Positions 1 to 7,261 of a stretch of 39,783 bases of DNA are shown one piece after another. A program made the position numbers and the translations under genes. The DNA is taken from the NCBI GenBank assembly GCA_040752415.1, contig JBFMGU010000079.1, positions 1 through 39,783 of the forward strand. The letters run 5' to 3'. The first letter of the stretch is position 1. Every line of letters starts with the position of its first letter. The stretch is from Myxococcota bacterium. Lineage in GTDB: Bacteria; Myxococcota; JACRCW01. The notes beneath the pieces are model-generated. The model did not search any database. It saw only the letters and a list, made by a program, of their open reading frames with translations, and had not been told where the DNA came from.

Positions 1-532
1 CGCCCCCACCCACCAGCATGAGGACGTCGGGCAACGGCGCCACCGTCAGCCACACCAGGAACGTCACCGCGCCAGGAAGCATCAGCACCAGCGCGGGGAG
101 GACCACGCCCACCGCGGCCAGCGGCGCCACCACGTCCCAAGCCCGTCGTGGCGAGAGCGCGAAGGTGGCCAGCACAAAGGCCAACGCGTCCATGCTGAGC
201 GCGGCAAGCAGCGTGGGCCCCACGGCGAAGAGCGAGAACAGCATCAGGTACAGCGCGCTGTCGACGAGGAGGCCACCCAGGTACTCCGGCTGGAACCCGC
301 CGCGCGTCACCACCAGCGCCATGAACCCCGCCGTCACGGCGAGAACCCCCAGCCCGCCCAGCGCCACCGTGCCCGCCGCCGCAACCACACCCGCGCCGCT
401 CCCCACCAGGGCGCGGATCACGTCATCTCGCAGCCCCTCGTCGTGGGTGGCGTGGGCACGCGGCGGCTCGTCGCGGGGAGGCGCCTGCGTCAGCGCCGTG
501 GCCAGGAGAACCGACACCGCCACCTGCAACAT
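1..532 (-). CDS. Hypothetical multi-pass membrane protein, 3' end runs off the window
   Basis: Not in the ORF track because it has no stop in the window. My translation from ATG 532: MLQVAVSVLLATALTQAPPRDEPPRAHATHDEGLRDDVIRALVGSGAGVVAAAGTVALGGLGVLAV..., i.e. signal-like N-terminus, Pro-rich linker, then hydrophobic helices. Starts 15 nt after the methyltransferase stop. Confidence 0.75.
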   Translation of the reverse strand, partial: MLQVAVSVLLATALTQAPPRDEPPRAHATHDEGLRDDVIRALVGSGAGVVAAAGTVALGGLGVLAVTAGFMALVVTRGGFQPEYLGGLLVDSALYLMLFSLFAVGPTLLAALSMDALAFVLATFALSPRRAWDVVAPLAAVGVVLPALVLMLPGAVTFLVWLTVAPLPDVLMLVGGG

Positions 533-547
533 GGCAACACCCCGTGC

Positions 548-1147
548 TCAACGACGGAACCCGAGCACCTGCACCACCGCCGAGGGCCCGTCGTGGTAGC
601 GCCCCTCGTGCACGTGCCGCTGCTTCTCCTCCGCCACCGCCAGCTCAATTCCGGCGAAGTCTTCACGAAGCTCCGCGAGCGTGAACATGAGCTCCGCGCT
701 GCGCGGGCCCCCGGTGCCCAGGGCCAGCTGGGCCGGCGAGTAGGCCTCCAGCACCACCGCGCCACCGGGGCGCAGCGCGGCCACCGCGGCGGCGTGCACG
801 GTGCGTCGCAGCGACGGAGGCAGGTGACACCAGATGAGCACCACGGCGTGATAGGCCTGCGCGGCGGGGACGTAGTGGGCCAGGTCCGCCACCACGGTGC
901 GCAGCTTCACGCCGCGTTGCGCCGCCAGCGCCTCCGCCTTGCGCAGCCCCACCCGCGACTGGTCCACCGCCGTGACCTCGAAGCCGCGCTCCGCCAGGAA
1001 CACCGCGTTGCGCCCCTCACCTTCCGCCAGGCACAACGCCGGCCCAGGCGTGAGCCGATCCACCACCGACGCCAGGAAGTCATTGGGAGCGTCACCGTAC
1101 GCAAAGCCCGGTTCCCCGTAGCGTGCGTCCCAGAAGCTGTCGGACAT
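548..1147 (-). CDS. Class I SAM-dependent methyltransferase (TehB-like), 199 aa
   Basis: FWDARY...YGDAPNDFL N-terminus, motif I variant LCLAEGEGRNAVFLA, VTAVDQS, LRPGGAVVLEAY; AGGAGG Shine-Dalgarno before ATG 1147. Confidence 0.9.
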   Translation of the reverse strand: MSDSFWDARYGEPGFAYGDAPNDFLASVVDRLTPGPALCLAEGEGRNAVFLAERGFEVTAVDQSRVGLRKAEALAAQRGVKLRTVVADLAHYVPAAQAYHAVVLIWCHLPPSLRRTVHAAAVAALRPGGAVVLEAYSPAQLALGTGGPRSAELMFTLAELREDFAGIELAVAEEKQRHVHEGRYHDGPSAVVQVLGFRR

Positions 1148-1346
1148 GACCGTACCTCCTTCGCACAACCCCCATACCGCGCGCGGTCGTCGTGGTCCGC
1201 CAGAAACTTCGGAACGCCCGCACCCCGTGGCATGGACGCACTTCCTGCGCGCATGCGATGAGAAACGCAGGCCACGATTTTGGGTTGACGCAATAAGTAC
1301 GGCGTGGCTTGTTACCCAACAGTCGTTTCAAGGACCGGGAGGAAGG

Positions 1347-1850
1347 ATGAGTCAGTTCGAATTCGACGCGAAGACGAACGTGGCCATGCTGGGGGGGCAG
1401 AGCATGGTCTTCCATTGTCACCACTACAACACCGCGTTGCAGCGCGCCGTGGAGGGCGGCCTGGGCGCCGCCGCGCCCGACGTGCTCACCGTGGCGGCAC
1501 AGGAGTCCGCGCGCCTGCAGCTCTCCGCGCTGGCGTCCAAGGGCAGCGGCCCGCAGGAGCGGCTGGCGCACGCCGACAAGCTGTTCGCGGAGCTGGGCTT
1601 TGGTCGCCTGGACTTCTCGGAGGCGGGCGCGCGGGGCGGCACCGTGAAGGTGAGCAACTCGCACTACGCCATGGGCTGGGTCTCCAAGTACGGCGAGCGC
1701 GACACGCCCACCTGCCACTTCGTCTCCGGCTTCATTGGCGGCGCGCTGGCGGTGGCGCACAACCTGGCGCCCGAGCGCATCGTCGTCACGGAAACGCGTT
1801 GCCTGGCCACCGGTCACCCGGCGTGCCGCTTCAAGGTCGAGGTGCTGTGA
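1347..1850 (+). CDS. V4R-fold protein A with FHCHHYN motif, 167 aa
   Basis: LGFGRLDF hairpin, CHFVSGFIGG and C-terminal ETRC-x7-CRF, typical of V4R domains; GGAGG RBS before ATG 1347. Confidence 0.8.
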   Translation: MSQFEFDAKTNVAMLGGQSMVFHCHHYNTALQRAVEGGLGAAAPDVLTVAAQESARLQLSALASKGSGPQERLAHADKLFAELGFGRLDFSEAGARGGTVKVSNSHYAMGWVSKYGERDTPTCHFVSGFIGGALAVAHNLAPERIVVTETRCLATGHPACRFKVEVL

Positions 1851-2500
1851 TGGCCGTGAACAATGACGCCATTGTCCAGGCGGTGAGCGGGCTGCGCCTG
1901 GTGGGCAACGAAGATGGTCTGATTCCCGCGTTCGGCCTGTACCTGACCCGGCACTACGCCAGCTACTACAACCGCATCTCCTTCGCCTCGCTGCACGCCG
2001 CGGAGGAGCGCGGGGAGATGGAGGCCCGGGCCATGCGCGCCGGCCTCGTCGACGCGGGGCACCAGTGCGCGTTCTTCACCTTTGGCGGCATCATGATGAG
2101 CCAGGAGTGGGACGCCGTGGTGAAGCCCATGATCGAGACGCGCGAGGACTGGGTGCGCGGCATCATTGGCGTGGTGAACGCGCTGGGCTGGGGCGTGTGG
2201 AAGGTGGAGAACCTGCAGGGCGGCAAGGAGCTGAAGGTCTCCATTGGCAACAGCTACGAGTCCACCGGCTACCTGGAGGACTACGGCAAGCGCGCCAGTG
2301 GCGGGGTCTGCTTCCTGGCCACCGGTGGCGTGGCCGGGATCATGAACCTCATCTACCACGGGGACGTCACCACGCGTCCCGCGTTGGATGACGGCTACTA
2401 CAAGCGGCTCTTCGCAGATGCAGGCTCGTTCACCGGCACCGAGGTGGCGTGTCGGGCGCACGGCGCGGAGCGCTGCGAGATTGTGGCGCGTCGGGGATGA
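1850..2500 (+). CDS. V4R-fold protein B, 216 aa
   Basis: ALGWGVWKV, CFLATGGVAG and C-terminal EVAC-x7-CEI; TGATG stop/start overlap with the upstream gene. Confidence 0.8.
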   Translation: MAVNNDAIVQAVSGLRLVGNEDGLIPAFGLYLTRHYASYYNRISFASLHAAEERGEMEARAMRAGLVDAGHQCAFFTFGGIMMSQEWDAVVKPMIETREDWVRGIIGVVNALGWGVWKVENLQGGKELKVSIGNSYESTGYLEDYGKRASGGVCFLATGGVAGIMNLIYHGDVTTRPALDDGYYKRLFADAGSFTGTEVACRAHGAERCEIVARRG

Positions 2501-2796
2501 CGGCGTTGGGGGTGACATTGCTGGTCCAGCGGGACTGCCTGGGCGGTGAGCGCGTGGTGGAGCTGCAGCTGCCACGGCCCGTGCGCCTGGAGGACCTGGA
2601 CGTGGTGGAGGGCGTGGTGCACCGCGAGGTGCTCACGAGCCTCCCCCGTCCCTTCTTCCGGCTGGACGTGCCCGGGCGGTTCCTGCTGACCGGCATTGTC
2701 TCCGACCCACGCCTGCGTTTCACCGTGCGCATGGCGGCACGCGAGCGCGCGGTGGAGCTGGCGTTGGAAACGGCGCAGCGGATGGTGGCGACATGA
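2497..2796 (+). CDS. Small hypothetical protein with a single Cys (RDCLGG), 99 aa
   Basis: ATGA overlaps at both ends (2497-2500 and 2793-2796); GC3-rich codon usage; fills the gap in the operon exactly. Confidence 0.75.
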   Translation: MTALGVTLLVQRDCLGGERVVELQLPRPVRLEDLDVVEGVVHREVLTSLPRPFFRLDVPGRFLLTGIVSDPRLRFTVRMAARERAVELALETAQRMVAT

Positions 2797-3893
2797 TCTA
2801 CCTGGACCACGCCGCCACCAGCCTGCCGCGCGCCCCGGAGGCCCTCCTGGCCGCGCTGGATGCGGCCAACTGGGCCAGCCCGGGACGGGGCATGCACAGC
2901 GCGCAGAGCGCCTCCCGCGTGGCGGTGCAGCGGGCGCGTGACGACGTGCGTCGCCTGGTGGGCTTTGGCACCGTGGTCTTCACCGCGGGCTGCACCGCGG
3001 CGCTCAACATGGCGCTGCACGGCCTGCGCCCGCGGCCGCGCGTGGTGGCAGTGGACCCGATGATCCACAACGCGGTCCGTCGGCCGCTGGCCCGGCTGGG
3101 CGCGCGGGTGTGGAAGCTGCCCTCCGACCTGGCGGGCCGCGTGGACCCCAGGGCCGCGGAGCGGGCGTGGCAGGCCGAAACGGAGCTGGTGGTGCTCACG
3201 CACGGCTCCAACGTGACCGGGCTCCTGCAGCCGGTGGCGGAGCTGGCGGAGGTGGCGCACCGGAAGTCCGCGCGGATCCTCGTCGACGCAGCGCAGACCG
3301 CGGGCCTGCTCTGTCCCCTGGACGTGGGCGAGGCGGACCTGGTGGCGTTCTCCGCGCACAAGGGACTGCGGGCGCTGCCCGGCGTGGGCGCGCTGGTGGT
3401 GCGCGACGGCGTGGAGCTGGATCCCCTGCTCAGCGGTGGCACCGGCGGGGAAGCCGTGGCCGTGGACATGCCCGCCGCGCTGCCGGAGCGACTGGAGGCC
3501 GGCACGCCCAACCTCCCGGGCATTGCCGCCATGGGCGCGGCCGCCGCGTTGACGACGACACGCGAGCCCTGGCCCTGGCGCGAGAGGGCGCGGGCCTTGC
3601 GAGAGGCGGTGCGCGCCGCCGGGCTCACGCCGCTGGGTGAAGGGGAGCTGCCAGTGGTGTCCTGTCGCGTGGGCCACCTCACCCCGACGATGGCCGAGGA
3701 GATCCTGGACCGCGTGTTCGGGATCGTGGTGCGCGCCGGGCTGCATTGCGCTCCCGCGGCGCATGAGCACCTGGGCAGCGGGCGTGAAGGCGCGGTGCGT
3801 TTCTCCGTGGGACCATCCACGTCCGACGACGATCTCGCCATGCTGACGCAAGCGCTGAGGCAGCTGGAGGGAATGGAGGGAGGGAACTCGTGA
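2793..3893 (+). CDS. Aminotransferase class V PLP enzyme, cysteine desulfurase family, 366 aa
   Basis: IYLDHAATS, HGSNVTG, LVDAAQTAG, PLP lysine in FSAHKG, EAGTPN, catalytic-Cys loop RAGLHCAP (SufS/CsdA-type RxGxHCA), VRFSVG. Confidence 0.92.
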   Translation: MIYLDHAATSLPRAPEALLAALDAANWASPGRGMHSAQSASRVAVQRARDDVRRLVGFGTVVFTAGCTAALNMALHGLRPRPRVVAVDPMIHNAVRRPLARLGARVWKLPSDLAGRVDPRAAERAWQAETELVVLTHGSNVTGLLQPVAELAEVAHRKSARILVDAAQTAGLLCPLDVGEADLVAFSAHKGLRALPGVGALVVRDGVELDPLLSGGTGGEAVAVDMPAALPERLEAGTPNLPGIAAMGAAAALTTTREPWPWRERARALREAVRAAGLTPLGEGELPVVSCRVGHLTPTMAEEILDRVFGIVVRAGLHCAPAAHEHLGSGREGAVRFSVGPSTSDDDLAMLTQALRQLEGMEGGNS

Positions 3894-4225
3894 GTGGAAT
3901 GAATGCAGGTCTCCAGATCTACAACGCACCGCCGGGCGCGGCCGTGGCCTCCTGCGTGGGGCAGGCCTTCAGCCAGTTCCGCATGTCCAACGCCACCGTC
4001 GCCGCCGTGGTGTTCGCCGACAACTTGCCACCGGACCGCACCGTGGTGGACGTGGTGGTGGGCGAGCTGCAGCGCACGCCCTCGTTGGGCCAGCTCTACC
4101 TGGTGCACCCCAGCCCGCTGCTCGGCTTCATGACCTCCACCATCTGCCTGCGCGTGCCCACCGTGAAGGTTCGTGCCTGCCCGTCGCTGGACCAGGCCAA
4201 GTCCCTGGCGTCCGGCGGGAAGTAA
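3890..4225 (+). CDS. Small alpha/beta protein, possibly STAS/SpoIIAA-like, 111 aa
   Basis: GTGA overlap with the desulfurase stop; beta-alpha pattern (AAVVFAD; LYLVHPSPLLGFM; VRACPSLDQAK) resembles the C-terminal half of STAS/SpoIIAA-like domains. The fold is an inference. Confidence 0.6.
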   Translation: MSGMNAGLQIYNAPPGAAVASCVGQAFSQFRMSNATVAAVVFADNLPPDRTVVDVVVGELQRTPSLGQLYLVHPSPLLGFMTSTICLRVPTVKVRACPSLDQAKSLASGGK

Positions 4226-4246
4226 CCGCCTCCTGTCGCGCGCAAA

Positions 4247-4678
4247 TCACGCCCGCAGCGGATGGCGCCAGCGCAGGCCCTTGAACCGCGAGTAGTCCGC
4301 GTCCGTCGTCACCAGGGTGCACCCTGACTCCATGGCGAGCGCGGCGTTCCATGCATCCGGCACCAGGTTGCCTTTGGCCGGCGCCTCCACACACAGCCGC
4401 TGGAAGATCTCCAGGTGGCGCTCACCGGGCGTCACGTGCACGTGATTGGGGCGCGCCCGCACCGCGTGGAGAAACCGGAATGCCTCCTCCACGGGCGTGG
4501 GTGGACTGAAGATGGCAGGGTGGGTGGTCACGCGGATGAACCCCGACACCACGGGGTCACACAAGCCAACGGGCTCGTCGGAGGACAGCGCGCGCATCAG
4601 CCACTCACGCATGGGCGCGTGCCCGGGTGCATCTCCGCGGAACGCGTAGACCAGGATGTTGACGTCAAGCAGGAGCAT
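4247..4678 (-). CDS. vapC: PIN-domain ribonuclease toxin, VapC family, 143 aa
   Basis: LLDVNILVYA, GFIRVTTHPAIF, GNLVPDAWNAALA, LVTTDADYSRFKGLRWRHPL, matching mycobacterial-type VapC; overlaps the antitoxin by 14 nt. Confidence 0.93.
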   Translation of the reverse strand: MLLLDVNILVYAFRGDAPGHAPMREWLMRALSSDEPVGLCDPVVSGFIRVTTHPAIFSPPTPVEEAFRFLHAVRARPNHVHVTPGERHLEIFQRLCVEAPAKGNLVPDAWNAALAMESGCTLVTTDADYSRFKGLRWRHPLRA

Positions 4679-4916
4679 CCGGCCGGTCCATCAATTCCAG
4701 CAGGTTGGCGCTGTCGTCGAGATCCACGCCCGGCCGGAGGCCGTTGCCGGTGAACACCGGAAGGTCGCAAGGGGGCGCATGACGCTGGGCCGCCCGGCGC
4801 GCCAACAGCTCACGCAACGCATCCTCAATGACCTGCGTGAGGCTCCGGTGGCTCTTGGCAGCCAAGGCCTTGGCGGCAGCGAGGAGCTTGTCATCAATCC
4901 GGATCGTCGTGCGCAT
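4665..4916 (-). CDS. vapB: Ribbon-helix-helix antitoxin, VapB family, 83 aa
   Basis: MRTTIRIDDKLLAAAK...SLTQVIEDALR RHH N-terminus and PGVDLDDSANLLELMD tail; directly upstream of the PIN toxin. Confidence 0.9.
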   Translation of the reverse strand: MRTTIRIDDKLLAAAKALAAKSHRSLTQVIEDALRELLARRAAQRHAPPCDLPVFTGNGLRPGVDLDDSANLLELMDRPDAPA

Positions 4917-4919
4917 GAA

Positions 4920-4954
4920 GGGTGACATATGGATGGTGCATCAATATGTCAACC
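4920..4954 (-). promoter_or_regulatory. vapBC promoter overlapped by a palindromic operator
   Basis: Inverted repeat TGACATAT(4923-4930)/ATATGTCA(4944-4951) with inner GATG/CATC. Minus strand reads TTGACA-N17-TATGTC-N7-ATG. Confidence 0.7.
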
Positions 4955-5073
4955 CATGGGGGACAGTTCTCCCTGGCCGTGGCGCCGGGAGGCCGACCAG
5001 GCGCCCATCCGACGACCGCGCGAGGTCACGAACCCGCGCGCGGACTACCCAAGAAGCCGCGGAGGGGTTCCGG

Positions 5074-7197
5074 ATGCGGTCTTACAAGGCGTGGGCGTTG
5101 CTGACGGCGGTTTCCTGTGCAGGTGGGGCGCACGCGGCGGTGGGCGACAATTCCGTCGGGGTGAACATCCACGTCGGGTACCAGTCGTTCATCGACGCGG
5201 CGGCGGAGCTGGGCGTGGCCTGGGTGCGCGTCGACGGCAACTGGTTCGCCATGGAGCCCAGCCAGGGCAGCTACGACTGGGCCGGGATGGACCAGACCGT
5301 GACGCGCGCCAACGCCGCCAACCTCAAGGTGTTCATCTCCCTGGGCTACACGCCCGCCTGGCACGTGCGCCACGGCGACACCGACGGGCAGAGCCACAAC
5401 GACGTCCCCAACGACAGCACGGCGTGGACCGCGTTCGTGCGCGCGGCGGTGCAGCACTACCGCGCCATGGGCGTCACCCACTTTGGCATGTGGAATGAGG
5501 CCAACCTGCAGGGCTTCTTCGAGGGCACGCCCGAGGAGTACGTGGACCTCATTGCCGTGCCCGGCGCCGCCGCCGTGCGCGAGGTGTGCAACGACTGCAA
5601 GGTGCTGGGCCCGGAAGCCGCCAACGTGGGCGACTCCGATGACTGGCTGGAGGCGGTGCTCCTGCGCGCTCCGCTCTCGACGTGGGACATCATCACGCAC
5701 CACAGCTACAACAGCTTCGCGGAGCTGGGCTGGAACATCTGGAGCGGAGACTCGTTCATCAACGTGCTGGACCAGCAGCGCTTCCCCTTCACGCGCCGGT
5801 CCTTGCGGCAGGTGCTGGACCAGGCGGGTTGGACCGGCGAGGTGTGGATCACCGAGACCGGCTACAAGGCGGAGCCGCCCGGCGACGTCGACGAGGAGGA
5901 CAACCAGGCCATCTACGTGCGGCGCGTGCTGGAGGAGCAGCTGGCCCGGGCCTGGTACACCAACACGTTCTTCTACGAGATCGAGGACTGCGGTCCCGCG
6001 CAACCAGCGTGCGACATCGACGGGTACGGCCTGATGCGCGCGCTCACCGACGGCGACGAGAGCACCAAGAGCTTCCCCGCCGACTACCGCACCAAGCCCG
6101 CGTTCAGCGCCATCCAGGACTTTATTGACGCACACCCGGAGATCTCCGGCCTGGCACCGCCACCGCAGTGCGGCGACGGCGAGGACAATGACGGCGACGG
6201 ACGCGTGGACACCGCGGACCGTGGCTGCAACACCGCGCTGGATGACGACGAGTCCGACGACCCGCCGCGCGAGACGCTGGAGGCCTGGCGCATCACCACG
6301 CTGACGGTGGATGGCCTCCTGGACGACGTGGGCACGGAGGGCTGGCTCACGCTCACCGCCGACCACTGGCACGGGACCGAGCCGCTTGGTGCGAACGACC
6401 ACGCGGTGCGGGCGGCGGCGCGCTGGGCGGATGGGAACCTGTGGCTCATCTTCGACGTCACCGACGACACGCACGACAACACCCACGTGGACAGCGAGCT
6501 GTGGATGGGCGACAGCGTGCAGCTCGGCTTCGACATCGACGGCGACGGGGGCGACGGATACGACGCGGTGGATGACCAGGAGCTGAACTTCGCCCTGGTG
6601 GGCAACGAGTCGCGCGCGTTCCGGTTCCACGGGCCCGCGGCGGCGGGGAGCAATTGGCAGGTGGCCGTGCGTCGTGACGGGACCAGCACCCGTTACGAGA
6701 TCCTGCTGCCCGCCGCGGTGTTGCCCGGGCTCACCACCACCGTGGACACCGAGGTGGGCTTCTCGTTCCTGGTCAATGACGCCGACGGGAGCGGTCGCAG
6801 CGGGTGGACGGAATGGACGCCGGGGATTGGCGTCAGCAAGGTGCCCGAGGTGTTCGGTCGGATCCGGCTGGTGCCGCAGGAGGTCGGTGCGACGACGTCA
6901 TCCTCCTCGTCCTCATCGTCGGGCGCGGCGGTGTCGTCCAGCAGCTCCGGGGGCGCGTCTTCGTCGTCCAGCGGGTCCGCCTCGTCTTCGGGTGGCGCGT
7001 CGTCTTCCTCGTCGTCGTCGTCCGGAGCGGTTGCTTCGTCGTCGTCGGGCGGTGGTGGAGCGGACGGTGGAACCGCCAGCGCCGAGGGTGGGTCCGGCAA
7101 CAGCGTGGATGGGTGCGCGTGCAAGGGCAGCGGAGGAACCGCGTCCCTTCCGTGGCTGCTGCTGGGACTTGTGGTCCTCTGGCGCCGTCGCGCGTGA
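5074..7197 (+). CDS. Secreted clan GH-A glycoside hydrolase (GH39/GH5-like) + CBM9-like domain + Ser/Gly linker + MYXO-CTERM-type tail, 707 aa
   Basis: Signal peptide ending AHA; acid/base WNEAN and nucleophile WITETG; CGDGEDNDGDGRVD Ca-binding-type repeat; CBM9-like DVTDD...GDSVQLGFD...GFSFLVNDAD; ends GCACKG...LPWLLLGLVVLWRRRA; GGAGG RBS. Confidence 0.85.
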   Translation: MRSYKAWALLTAVSCAGGAHAAVGDNSVGVNIHVGYQSFIDAAAELGVAWVRVDGNWFAMEPSQGSYDWAGMDQTVTRANAANLKVFISLGYTPAWHVRHGDTDGQSHNDVPNDSTAWTAFVRAAVQHYRAMGVTHFGMWNEANLQGFFEGTPEEYVDLIAVPGAAAVREVCNDCKVLGPEAANVGDSDDWLEAVLLRAPLSTWDIITHHSYNSFAELGWNIWSGDSFINVLDQQRFPFTRRSLRQVLDQAGWTGEVWITETGYKAEPPGDVDEEDNQAIYVRRVLEEQLARAWYTNTFFYEIEDCGPAQPACDIDGYGLMRALTDGDESTKSFPADYRTKPAFSAIQDFIDAHPEISGLAPPPQCGDGEDNDGDGRVDTADRGCNTALDDDESDDPPRETLEAWRITTLTVDGLLDDVGTEGWLTLTADHWHGTEPLGANDHAVRAAARWADGNLWLIFDVTDDTHDNTHVDSELWMGDSVQLGFDIDGDGGDGYDAVDDQELNFALVGNESRAFRFHGPAAAGSNWQVAVRRDGTSTRYEILLPAAVLPGLTTTVDTEVGFSFLVNDADGSGRSGWTEWTPGIGVSKVPEVFGRIRLVPQEVGATTSSSSSSSSGAAVSSSSSGGASSSSSGSASSSGGASSSSSSSSGAVASSSSGGGGADGGTASAEGGSGNSVDGCACKGSGGTASLPWLLLGLVVLWRRRA
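6895..7075 (+). repeat. Low-complexity TCG/TCC repeat encoding a poly-Ser/Gly linker
   Basis: Runs such as tcgtcctcatcgtcg translate as SSSSSSSSGAAVSSSSSGG... Confidence 0.8.
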
Positions 7198-7202
7198 CAA
7201 CT

Positions 7203-7251
7203 CCGGCACAACCGGGACCAGCTGATCGAAACTGCCCTGTTGTGCTTCCGG
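7203..7251. terminator. Imperfect hairpin between convergent genes, possible bidirectional terminator
   Basis: GCACAAC(7206-7212) pairs with GTTGTGC(7239-7245), with further GGG/CCC and CAG/CTG pairs inside; no U-tract. Confidence 0.35.
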
Positions 7252-7261
7252 TCAGCGACGC

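Noticed and set aside
18..599. 193-aa plus-strand ORF
   Set aside because: Ser/Thr/Ala-rich antisense mirror of the hydrophobic minus-strand gene starting at 532.
1848..3893. TGA codons in the desulfurase operon considered as selenocysteine read-through
   Set aside because: Each TGA overlaps the next start codon and ends a complete domain; none sits at a Cys-equivalent position and I saw no SECIS-like hairpin.
2793..3893. Naming the PLP enzyme sufS, iscS or kynureninase
   Set aside because: No suf/isc context; it has the desulfurase Cys loop rather than kynureninase features, and lies about 22 kb from the KMO-like gene. Orthology cannot be fixed by eye.
6895..7075. TCG-rich repeats here and at about 9515-9545, 9690-9720 and 15300-15700 considered as DNA-level repeat elements
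   Set aside because: They are in-frame Ser/Gly linkers with synonymous variation, explained by protein composition.
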